This document shows, one piece after another, positions 50,151 to 62,096 of a DNA stretch of 64,000 bases (its first letter is position 1; every line of letters starts with the position of its first letter). Source of the DNA: Octopus sinensis. Taxonomy: Eukaryota. Both the position numbers and the translations under genes were made by a program. The notes under the pieces are model-generated. The model was not told the DNA's origin. It did no database searches and saw only the letters and a program-made list of their open reading frames with translations. The stretch is from the NCBI RefSeq assembly GCF_006345805.1, contig NW_021830031.1, forward strand, positions 62,001 to 126,000, in the 5' to 3' direction.

Positions 50151-50966
50151 ACAATCACCGATTGCCGATGAAAAGTGGGTCCCCTTTGCAAATATATATC
50201 CTTTTTCCAGTGACGAAAAGTCACTGATATCAAAAAAATGTAATCTCTGAGAGATTTATGCAGTAGTAGCATGATAAAGTGATAGTATGTTATCAACTTA
50301 ATGTGACAGTCCCATGAAAGGGAAGAATGCTACTGCATAAATCTCTCTGAGAGATTTAGAAATGTATTATTTCTATTTTCAAAACTGTTGGAGTCTTGAA
50401 GTTTGCAACTTTTACATTTATAAACAAATATATAAATCACTTTAATATTTAGTAGTTTGTTTGTAAGATTTCATGCTGTGGTTTGATATTAATAAAAAGT
50501 CTTTTTTTAATTTAATATTGGTGTTTTTGAGGAATATATTTATATTTTCTATGGTTTATTTTATGAGAATTTTGATTATTTATTCATTATTCTAGAGTTA
50601 ATATACTTAGGAAATCTAAGCCAATGAAATGGAAGAATTGTTACAGGGATGGAAAAAATGTTTAGCAGCATTTCTTTTGACTCTACATTCTGATACCACT
50701 GCTGGGATCAATTTTGCTGTTCATCCTTTTGGGATCAATAAAATAAGTACCAGTTGAGCACTAGGGTCAATATAATTGGATTGCACTCCCACCCACCCAC
50801 CCCGATTGCTGGCCTTGTGCCATAATTTGAAGCCACTGTTTATTAATTTATTTGTAGGATTTCATGTTTGTAGTTTGATATAAATAAGGGATTTGTTTTT
50901 TTTAATATTGATGTTTTTTAAGGAAACTTTGGTGTTCTAAGCACTGTCTTTTTTTTTTTATAGGGG

Positions 50967-51565
50967 GAGGCATGGCTGTCTGGTTAAGAAATTTGCTTCA
51001 CAACCATGTAGGTTTGGGTTCAGTTCCACTGTGTGGCACCTTCGGCAGGTGTCTTTTACTTTAGCCCTAGGCTGACCAAAGACTTGTGAGTGGATGCAGT
51101 TGATGGAATCTGAAAGAAGTCTATTTTATGTATGTGTGTGTGTGTGTGCTTGTGTGCATGTGTGTGTGTACTTGTATGTTTGTGTGTTTGTGTGAGCTTG
51201 TGTGTATGTGAGTGAGTGTGTTTGTGTGTACTTGTGTGTTTGTGTGATTGTGTGCGTGTGTGTGCTTGTGTGTGTGTGCTTGTGTGTGTGTGCTTGTGTG
51301 TGTGTGCTTTTGTGTATGTGTGTGTACCCTTGTCGAGCATTCACACGATGGTTGTAAATAAACATCATTTGTCAATGAAGCGATGTTCTTCATTACCAGC
51401 CTTCCATGAAAAACATGTCCGATCAAGGGGAAATATTACCTCATTTGGAAAACTGGTGAGGGTCGGTGACAGGAAGGACATCCAGCTGTTGAAAAATCTG
51501 CCTCAACAAATTCCATCTGATCCATGCAGACATAGAAAAGTGGAAGTTAAACCATGATGAATGAA
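50967..51565 (+). mobile_element. Diverged SINE with a family A-like head and a family D-like (TGA)n tail; parent of the satellite
   Basis: Head TGGCTGTCTGGTTAAG...GGTTCAGTTCCACTGTGTGGCACC, then a TG-rich middle, then a body running without a break into the first satellite monomer. Confidence 0.7.
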
Positions 51566-54500
51566 AATGCTGTACAAGGGGAAATATTACCTCATTTGGA
51601 AAACTGGTGAGGGTCGGTGACAGGAAGGACATCCAGCTGTTGGAAATCTGCCTCAACAAATTCCATCTGATCCATGCAGACATAGAAAAGTGGAAGTTAA
51701 CCATGATGAATGAAAATGCTGTACAAGGGGAAATATTACCTCATTTGGAAAACTGGTGAGGGTCGGTGACAGGAAGGACATCCAGCTGTTGGAAATCTGC
51801 CTCAACAATTCCATCTGATCCATGCAGACATAGAAAAGTGGAAGTTAAACCATGATGAATGAAAATGCTGTACAAGGGGAAATATTACCTCATTTGGAAA
51901 AGTGGTGAGGGTCAGTGACAGGAATGACATCCAGCTGTTGAAAAATCTGCCTCAACAAATTCCATCTGATCCATGCAGACATAGAAAAGTGGAAGTTAAA
52001 CCATGATGAATCAAAATGCTGTACAAGGGGAAATATTACCTCATTTGGAAAACTGGTGAGGGTCGGTGACAGGAAGGACATCCAGCTGTTGGAAATCTGC
52101 CTCAACAAATTCCATCTGATCCATGCAGACATAGAAAAGTGGAAGTTAAACCATGATGAATGAAAATGCTGTACAAGGGGAAATATTACCTCATTTGGAA
52201 AACTGGTGAGGGTCGGTGACAGGAAGGACATCCAGCTGTTGAAAAATCTGCCTCAACAAATTCCATCTGATCCATGCAGACATAGAAAAGTGGAAGTTAA
52301 ACCATGATGAATGAAAATGCTGTACAAGGGGAAAAATTACCTCATTTGGAAAACTGGTGAGGGTCGGTGACAGGAATGACATCCAGCTGTTGAAAAATCT
52401 GCCTCAACAAATTCCATCGGATCCATGCAGACATAGAAAAGTGGAAGTTAAACCATGATGAATGAAAATGCTGTACAAGGGGAAATAGTACCTCATTTGG
52501 AAAACTGGTGAGGGTCGGTGACAGGAATGACATCCAGCTGTTGGAAATCTGCCTCAACAAATTCCATCTGATCCATGCAGACATAGAAAAGTGGAAGTTA
52601 AACCATGATGAATGAAAATGCTGTACAAGGGGAAATATTACCTCATTTGGAAAACTGGTGAGAGTCGGTGACAGGAATGACATCCAGCTGTTGAAAAATC
52701 TGCCTCAACAAATTCCATCGGATCCATGCAGACATAGAAAAGTGGAAGTTAAACCATGATGAATGAAAATGCTGTACAAGGGGAAATAGTACCTCATTTG
52801 GAAAACTGGTGAGGGTCGGTGACAGGAATGACATCCAGCTGTTGGAAATCTGCCTCAACAAATTCCATCTGATCATGCAGACATAGAAAAGTGGAAGTTA
52901 AACCATGATGAATGAAAATGCTGTACAAGGGGAAATATTACCTCATTTGGAAAACTGGTGAGGGTCGGTGACAGGAAGACATCCAGCTGTTGGAAATCTG
53001 CCTCAACAAATTCCATCTGATCCATGCAGACATAGAAAAGTGGAAGTTAAACCATGATGAATGAAAATGCTGTACAAGGGGAAATATTACCTCATTTGGA
53101 AAACTGGTGAGGGTCAGTGACAGGATGACATCCAGCTGTTGAAAAATCTGCCTCAACAATTCCATCTGATCCATGCAGACATAGAAAAGTGGAAGTTAAA
53201 CCATGATGAATCAAAATGCTGTACAAGGGGAAATATTACCTCTCATTTGGAAAACTGGTGAGGGTCGGTGACAGGAAGGACATCCAGCTGTTGGAAATCT
53301 GCCTCAACAAATTCCATCTGATCCATGCAGACATAGAAAAGTGGAAGTTAAACCATGATGAATGAAAATGCTGTACAAGGGGAAAATTACCTCATTTGGA
53401 AAACTGGTGAGGGTCGGTGACAGGAATGACATCCAGCTGTTGAAAAATCTGCCTCAACAAATTCCATCATCGGATCCATGCAGACATAGAAAAGTGGAAG
53501 TTAAACCATGATGAATGAAAATGCTGTACAAGGGGAAATAGTACCTCATTTGGAAAACTGGTGAGGGTCGGTGACAGGAATGACATCCAGCTGTTGGAAA
53601 TCTGCCTCAACAAATTCCATCTGATCCATGCAGACATAGAAAAGTGGAAGTTAAACCATGATGAATGAAAATGCTGTACAAGGGGAAATATTACCTCATT
53701 TGGAAAACTGGTGAGAGTCGGTGACAGGAATGACATCCAGCTGTTGAAAAATCTGCCTCAACAAATTCCATCGGATCCATGCAGACATAGAAAAGTGGAA
53801 GTTAAACCATGATGAATGAAAATGCTGTACAAGGGGAAATAGTACCTCATTTGAAAACTGGTGAGGGTCGGTGACAGGAAGACATCCAGCTGTTGGAAAT
53901 CTGCCTCAACAAATTCCATCTGATCCATGCAGACATAGAAAAGTGGAAGTTAAACCATGATGAATGAAAATGCTGTACAAGGGGAAATATTACCTCATTT
54001 GGAAAACTGGTGAGGGTCGGTGACAGGAATGACATCCAGCTGTTGAAAATCTGCCTCAACAAATTCCATCTGATCCATGCAGACATAGAAAAGTGGAAGT
54101 TAAACCATGATGAATGAAAATGCTGTACAAGGGGAAATATTACCTCATTTGGAAAACTGGTGAGGGTCGTGACAGGAATGACATCCAGCTGTTGAAAAAT
54201 CTGCCTCAACAAATTCCATCTGATCCATGCAGACATAGAAAAGTGGAAGTTAAACCATGATGAATCAAAATGCTGTACAAGGGGAAATATTACCTCATTT
54301 GGAAAACTGGTGAGGGTCGGTGACAGGAAGGACATCCAGCTGTTGGAAATCTGCCTCAACAAATTCCATCTGATCCATGCAGACATAGAAAAGTGGAAGT
54401 TAAACCATGATGAATGAAAATGCTGTACAAGGGGAAATATTACCTCATTTGGAAAACTGGTGAGGGTCGGTGACAGGAATGACATCCAGCTGTTGAAAAA

Positions 54501-57500
54501 TCTGCCTCAACAAATTCCATCTGATCCATGCAGACATAGAAAAGTGGAAGTTAAACCATGATGAATGAAAATGCTGTACAAGGGGAAATATTACCTCATT
54601 TGGAAAACTGGTGAGGGTCGGTGACAGGAATGACATCCAGCTGTTGGAAATCTGCCTCAACAAATTCCATCTGATCCATGCAGACATAGAAAAGTGGAAG
54701 TTAAACCATGATGAATGAAAATGCTGTACAAGGGGAAATATTACCTCATTTGGAAAACTGGTGAGGGTCGGTGACAGGAATGACATCCAGCTGTTGGAAA
54801 TCTGCCTCAACAAATTCCATCTGATCCATGCAGACATAGAAAAGTGGAAGTTAAACCATGATGAATGAAAATGCTGTACAAGGGGAAATATTACCTCATT
54901 TGGAAAACTGGTGAGGGTCGGTGACAGGAATGACATCCAGCTGTTGGAAATCTGCCTCAACAAATTCCATCTGATCCATGCAGACATAGAAAAGTGGAAG
55001 TTAAACCATGATGAATGAAAATGCTGTACAAGGGGAAATATTACCTCATTTGGAAAACTGGTGAGAGTCGGTGACAGGAATGACATCCAGCTGTTGAAAA
55101 ATCTGCCTCAACAAATTCCATCGGATCCATGCAGACATAGAAAAGTGGAAGTTAAACCATGATGAATGAAAATGCTGTACAAGGGGAAATAGTACCTCAT
55201 TTGGAAAACTGGTGAGGGTCGGTGACAGGAATGACATCCAGCTGTTGGAAATCTGCCTCAACAAATTCCATCTGATCCATGCAGACATAGAAAAGTGGAA
55301 GTTAAACCATGATGAATGAAAATGCTGTACAAGGGGAAATATTACCTCATTTGGAAAACTGGTGAGGGTCGGTGACAGGAATGACATCCAGCTGTTGGAA
55401 ATCTGCCTCAACAAATTCCATCTGATCCATGCAGACATAGAAAAGTGGAAGTTAAACCATGATGAATGAAAATGCTGTACAAGGGGAAATATTACCTCAT
55501 TTGGAAAACTGGTGAGGGTCAGTGACAGGAATGACATCCAGCTGTTGAAAAATCTGCCTCAACAAATTCCATCTGATCCATGCAGACATAGAAAAGTGGA
55601 AGTTAAACCATGATGAATCAAAATGCTGTACAAGGGGAAATATTACCTCATTTGGAAAACTGGTGAGGGTCGGTGACAGGAAGGACATCCAGCTGTTGGA
55701 AATCTGCCTCAACAAATTCCATCTGATCCATGCAGACATAGAAAAGTGGAAGTTAAACCATGATGAATGAAAATGCTGTACAAGGGGAAAAATTACCTCA
55801 TTTGGAAAACTGGTGAGGGTCGGTGACAGGAATGACATCCAGCTGTTGAAAAATCTGCCTCAACAAATTCCATCGGATCCATGCAGACATAGAAAAGTGG
55901 AAGTTAAACCATGATGAATGAAAATGCTGTACAAGGGGAAATAGTACCTCATTTGGAAAACTGGTGAGGGTCGGTGACAGGAATGACATCCAGCTGTTGG
56001 AAATCTGCCTCAACAAATTCCATCTGATCCATGCAGACATAGAAAAGTGGAAGTTAAACCATGATGAATGAAAATGCTGTACAAGGGAAATATTACCTCA
56101 TTTGGAAAACTGGTGAGAGTCGGTGACAGGAATGACATCCAGCTGTTGAAAAATCTGCCTCAACAAATTCCATCGATCCATGCAGACATAGAAAAGTGGA
56201 AGTTAAACCATGATGAATGAAAATGCTGTACAAGGGGAAATAGTACCTCATTTGGAAAACTGGTGAGGGTCGGTGACAGGAATGACATCCAGCTGTTGAA
56301 ATCTGCCTCAACAAATTCCATCTGATCCATGCAGACATAGAAAAGTGGAAGTTAAACCATGATGAATGAAAGCTGTACAAGGGGAAATATTACCTCATTT
56401 GGAAAACTGGTGAGGGTCGGTGACAGGAATGACATCCAGCTGTTGGAAATCTGCCTCAACAAATTCCATCTGATCCATGCAGACATAGAAAAGTGGAAGT
56501 TAAACCATGATGAATGAAAATGCTGTACAAGGGGAAATATTACCTCATTTGGAAAACTGGTGAGGGTCAGTGACAGGAATGACATCCAGCTGTTGAAAAA
56601 TCTGCCTCAACAAATTCCATCTGATCCATGCAGACATAGAAAAGTGGAAGTTAAACCATGATGAATCAAAATGCTGTACAAGGGGAAATATTACCTCATT
56701 TGGAAAACTGGTGAGGGTCGGTGACAGGAAGGACATCCAGCTGTTGGAAATCTGCCTCAACAAATTCCATCTGATCCATGCAGACATAGAAAAGTGGAAG
56801 TTAAACCATGATGAATGAAAATGCTGTACAAGGGGAAATATTACCTCATTTGGAAAACTGGTGAGGGTCGGTGACAGGAATGACATCCAGCTGTTTGAAA
56901 ATCTGCCTCAACAAATTCCATCTGATCCATGCAGACATAAAAAGTGGAAGTTAACCAGATGAATGAAAATGCTGTACAAGGGGAAATATTACCTCATTTG
57001 GAAAACTGGTGAGGGTCGGTGACAGGAATGACATCCAGCTGTTGGAAATCTGCCTCAACAAATTCCATCTGATCCATGCAGACATAGAAAAGTGGAAGTT
57101 AAACCATGATGAATGAAAATGCTGTACAAGGGGAATATTACCTCATTTGGAAAACTGGTGAGGGTCGGTGACAGGAATGACATCCAGCTGTTGGAAATCT
57201 GCCTCAACAAATTCCATCTGATCCATGCAGACATAGAAAAGTGGAAGTTAAACCATGATGAATGAAAATGCTGTACAAGGGGAAATATTACCTCATTTGG
57301 AAAACTGGTGAGGGTCGGTGACAGGAATGACATCCAGCTGTTGGAAATCTGCCTCAACAAATTCCATCTGATCCATGCAGACATAGAAAAGTGGAAGTTA
57401 AACCATGATGAATGAAAATGCTGTACAAGGGGAAATATTACCTCATTTGGAAAACTGGTGAGGGTCGGTGACAGGAAGGACATCCAGCTGTTGGAAATCT

Positions 57501-60500
57501 GCCTCAACAAATTCCATCTGATCCATGCAGACATAGAAAAGTGGAAGTTAAACCATGATGAATGAAAATGCTGTACAAGGGGAAATATTACCTCATTTGG
57601 AAAACTGGTGAGGGTCGGTGACAGGAAGGACATCCAGCTGTTGAAAAATCTGCCTCAACAAATTCCATCTGATCCATGCAGACATAGAAAAGTGGAAGTT
57701 AAACCAAGATGAATGAAAATGCTGTACAAGGGGAAAAATTACCTCATTTGGAAAACTGGTGAGGGTCGGTGACAGGAATGACATCCAGCTGTTGAAAAAT
57801 CTGCCTCAACAAATTCCATCGGATCCATGCAGACATAGAAAAGTGGAAGTTAAACCATGATGAATGAAAATGCTGTACAAGGGGAAATAGTACCTCATTT
57901 GGAAAACTGGTGAGGGTCGGTGACAGGAATGACATCCAGCTGTTGGAAATCTGCCTCAACAAATTCCCTCTGATCCATGCAGACATAGAAAAGTGGAAGT
58001 TAAACCATGATGAATGAAAATGCTGTACAAGGGGAAATATTACCTCATTTGGAAAACTGGTGAGAGTCGGTGACAGGAATGACATCCAGCTGTTGAAAAA
58101 TCTGCCTCAACAAATTCCATCGGATCCATGCAGACATAGAAAAGTGGAAGTTAAACCATGATGAATGAAAATGCTGTACAAGGGGAAATAGTACCTCATT
58201 TGGAAAACTGGTGAGGGTCGGTGACAGGAATGACATCCAGCTGTTGGAAATCTGCCTCAAAAATTCCATCTGATCCATGCAGACATAGAAAAGTGGAAGT
58301 TAAACCATGATGAATGAAAATGCTGTACAAGGGGAATATTACCTCATTGGAAAACTGGTGAGGGTCGGTGACAGGAATGACATCCAGCTGTTGAAATCTG
58401 CCTCAACAAATTCCATCTGATCCATGCAGACATAGAAAAGTGGAAGTTAAACCATGATGAATCAAAATGCTGTACAAGGGGAAATATTACCTCATTTGGA
58501 AAACTGGTGAGGGTCAGTGACAGGAATGACATCCAGCTGTTGAAAAATCTGCCTCAACAAATTCCATCTGATCCATGCAGACATAGAAAAGTGGAAGTTA
58601 AACCATGATGAATCAAAATGCTGTACAAGGGGAAATATTACCTCATTTGGAAAACTGGTGAGGGTCGGTGACAGGAAGGACATCCAGCTGTTGGAAATCT
58701 GCCTCAACAAATTCCATCTGATCCATGCAGACATAGAAAAGTGGAAGTTAAACCATGATGAATGAAAATGCTGTACAAGGGGAAATATTACATTTGGAAA
58801 ACTGGTGAGGGTCGGTGACAGGAATGACATCCAGCTGTTGGAAATCTGCCTCATCAACAATTCCATCTGATCCATGCAGACATAGAAAAGTGGAAGTTAA
58901 ACCATGATGAATGAAAATGCTGTACAAGGGGAAATATTACCTCATTTGGAAAACTGGTGAGGGTCGGTGACAGGAATGACATCCAGCTGTTGAAGGAAAT
59001 CTGCCTCAACAAATTCCATCTGATCCATGCAGACATAGAAAAGTGGAAGTTAAACCATGATGAATGAAAATGCTGTACAAGGGGAAATATTACCTCATTT
59101 GGAAAACTGGTGAGGGTCGGTGACAGGAATGACATCCAGCTGTTGAAAATCTGCCTCAACAAATTCCATCTGATCCATGCAGACATAGAAAAGTGGAAGT
59201 TAAACCATGATGAATGAAAATGCTGTACAAGGGGAAATATTACCTCATTTGGAAAACTGGTGAGGGTCAGTGACAGGAATGACATCCAGCTGTTGAAAAA
59301 TCTGCCTCAACAAATTCCATCTGATCCATGCAGACAGAGAAAAGTGGAAGTTAAACCATGATGAATGAAAATGCTGTACAAGGGGAAATATTACCTCATT
59401 TGGAAAACTGGTGAGGGTCGGTGACAGGAAGGACATCCAGCTGTTGGAAATCTGCCTCAACAAATTCCATCTGATCCATGCAGACATAGAAAAGTGGAAG
59501 TTAAACCATGATGAATGAAAATGCTGTACAAGGGGAAATATTACCTCATTTGGAAAACTGGTGAGGGTCGGTGACAGGAATGACATCCAGCTGTTGAAAA
59601 TCTGCCTCAACAAATTCCATCTGATCCATGCAGACATAGAAAAGTGGAAGTTAAACCATGATGAATGAAAATGCTGTACAAGGGGAAATATTACCTCATT
59701 TGGAAAACTGGTGAGGGTCGGTGACAGGAATGACATCCAGCTGTTGGAAATCTGCCTCAACAAATTCCATCTGATCCATGCAGACATAGAAAAGTGGAAG
59801 TTAAACCATGATGAATGAAAATGCTGTACAAGGGGAAATATTACCTCATTTGGAAAACTGGTGAGGGTCGGTGACAGGAATGACATCCAGCTGTTGGAAA
59901 TCTGCCTCAACAAATTCCATCTGATCCATGCAGACATAGAAAAGTGGAAGTTAAACCATGATGAATGAAAATGCTGTACAAGGGGAAATATTACCTCATT
60001 TGGAAAACTGGTGAGGGTCGGTGACAGGAATGACATCCAGCTGTTGGAAATCTGCCTCAACAAATTCCATCTGATCCATGCAGACATAGAAAAGTGGAAG
60101 TTAAACCATGATGAATGAAAATGCTGTACAAGGGGAAATATTACCTCATTTGGAAAACTGGTGAGGGTCGGTGACAGGAATGACATCCAGCTGTTGGAAA
60201 TCTGCCTCAACAAATTCCATCTGATCCATGCAGACATAGAAAAGTGGAAGTTAAACCATGATGAATGAAAATGCTGTACAAGGGGAATATTACCTCATTT
60301 GGAAAACTGGTGAGGGTCGGTGACAGGAATGACATCCAGCTGTTGAAAAATCTGCCTCAACAAATTCCATCTGATCCATGCAGACATAGAAAAGTGGAAG
60401 TTAAACCATGATGAATGAAAATGCTGTACAAGGGGAAATATTACCTCATTTGGAAAACTGGTGAGGGTCGGTGACAGGAAGGACATCCAGCTGTTGGAAA

Positions 60501-60730
60501 TCTGCCTCAACAAATTCCATCTGATCCATGCAGACATAGAAAAGTGGAAGTTAAACCATGATGAATGAAAATGCTGTACAAGGGGAAATATTACCTCATT
60601 TGGAAAACTGGTGAGGGTCGGTGACAGGAACGACATCCAGCCGTTGGAAATCTGCCTCAACAAATTCCATCTGATCCATGCAGACATAGAAAAGTGGAAG
60701 TTAAACCATGATGAATGAAAATGCTGTACA
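51424..60730. repeat. 150-151-bp satellite, ~62 highly homogeneous copies (9.3 kb)
   Basis: Monomer CAAGGGGAAATATTACCTCATTTGGAAAACTGG...ATGAATGAAAATGCTGTA; one PvuII (CAGCTG) and one BsrGI (TGTACA) site in nearly every unit. Confidence 0.98.
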
Positions 60731-60739
60731 TGTGAATAA

Positions 60740-61200
60740 TACGGTTTGAACAGGTGTGGAGTCTGATGCATCCTTTTTGCGTTGCATTTTTGCATATATC
60801 ATTCCTTTGCTCAGTCTAGTAGTTTATTAGAATAGCCATTGTTATTAGCCGTTTGTTATATTCTGTTTTATTCATTCAATTGATTGTGTTATCTGGTGCT
60901 TCAGTTAAGGAGCAATATCAAAACGCTCTTGTAAAGAAGGCTTTTATCATTGACATTTTGTGTATGAGAGGACGTTCATTGTCTCTGTATAAATATCTGC
61001 ATTTATTTGTGTCGTTGATGTAAATAGACATGATGTATCTGATCTGCTATTTTCTACCTGGATGTTCATGTTGTGAAAGGAAGCCGTTGTATTGTTAGGA
61101 GTTTTATTCGGATCGTTCTAGATTGTTCTGCGTAGTCGTAATGGAAGATAAAGCGCTACCAGAAGCAGAGGAATAAAATTCTTCTGTATTGAAGTGAATG
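60740..61200 (-). pseudogene. Decayed Penelope-like retroelement RT C-terminal (thumb) fragment
   Basis: Minus-strand translation gives LPF, then SIYINDTNKCRYLYRDNERPLIHKMSMIKAFFTRAF*YCS, then NNGYSNKLLD. This follows the Penelope pattern VY-K-T---YL---S--P---K---I-----RA---CS...NGY. Confidence 0.65.
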
Positions 61201-61733
61201 AATTTATTATTGTGCTCATCCACTGCGTTTGTAGTCTCTAAATTTGTTGTGTTGTTGGAACCTTTTAGAATTTTCCGAAACTATGGGAATCCATGCCTAT
61301 ATTTTATGTACAATTCCTGCCACCCTAATTTTAAGAGATCACTGAATAACACATCACCACCACCATCACCATCACCAAAAACATAAGAGAATGAATTCAT
61401 ATCTTTGTCTGTCTGTCTCTGTGTATGTATGTATGTATGCATGCATGTACATATGTATGTATCTGCATGTACGTAAATACATACATACATACATGAATAC
61501 ATAAATGCATACATGCATGCGTACATACAAGCATACATATATACAAACATACATACATACATACTTATATATATTCATTTTTATATAGATAAACACACAC
61601 TCGTGATAATGACATAGCAAGCTGAAGCTAAGATGTCACTTTTTCCTTGTGATAATTAATAAAACAAGTGGTGGATTAAGAACCTACTACCACTTCAGGC
61701 CAACAAGCTAACGAGTCTACCAGCTCACTGTCT

Positions 61734-61925
61734 CATCATCATCATCATTCGTTTAACGTCCGCTTTCCATGCTAGCATGGGTTGGACGATTTTGACCGAG
61801 GGCTGGCGAACCAGATGGCTGCACTAGGCTCCGATCTTGTTGATCTGGCAGAGTTTTTACAGCTGGATGCCCTTCCTAACGCCAACCACTCCGAGAGTGT
61901 AGTGGGTGCTTTTTACGTGCCACCA
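61734..61925 (-). mobile_element. Short retroposon, family D
   Basis: High similarity to 49297-49490. Confidence 0.8.
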
Positions 61926-62096
61926 GTGTCTCATAAATATATATTATTAATAACAATATTATTGTTTAGTTAACATTTATTTACTGGTGTAACATTATCT
62001 GATTGTTCCAACAGTGGCAAAAGTATGCTTTATTCAGTATTTAGTAACTAAGGAAAATAAATTCAAATGAATTAGTGTTATCTCCCTTTAAGAGAG

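Larger units (their letters stand above)
49639..50350 (-). mobile_element. Non-coding Penelope-pLTR/retrozyme-like element bounded by a ~49-bp direct repeat (period 646 bp)
   Basis: GTATGTT(G/A)TCAACTTAATGTGACAGTCCCATGAAAGGGAAGAAT(A/G)CTAC at 49639 and 50285. Local inversion: AGAGATTTATGCAGTAG at ~50250 versus CTACTGCATAAATCTCT at 50330. Two hammerhead motifs lie inside. Confidence 0.6.

Noticed and set aside
51424-51574. Satellite monomer as a hammerhead retrozyme
   Set aside because: No CTGANGA core on either strand; CATGATGAATGAAA is the SINE (TGA)n tail and has no helix II.
51424-60730. CRISPR array or protein-coding repeat (many 50-aa-period ORFs on the minus strand)
   Set aside because: Whole units are repeated with no unique spacers and no cas genes. 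The ORFs arise because 150 is divisible by 3 and are broken by frequent 151-bp units.
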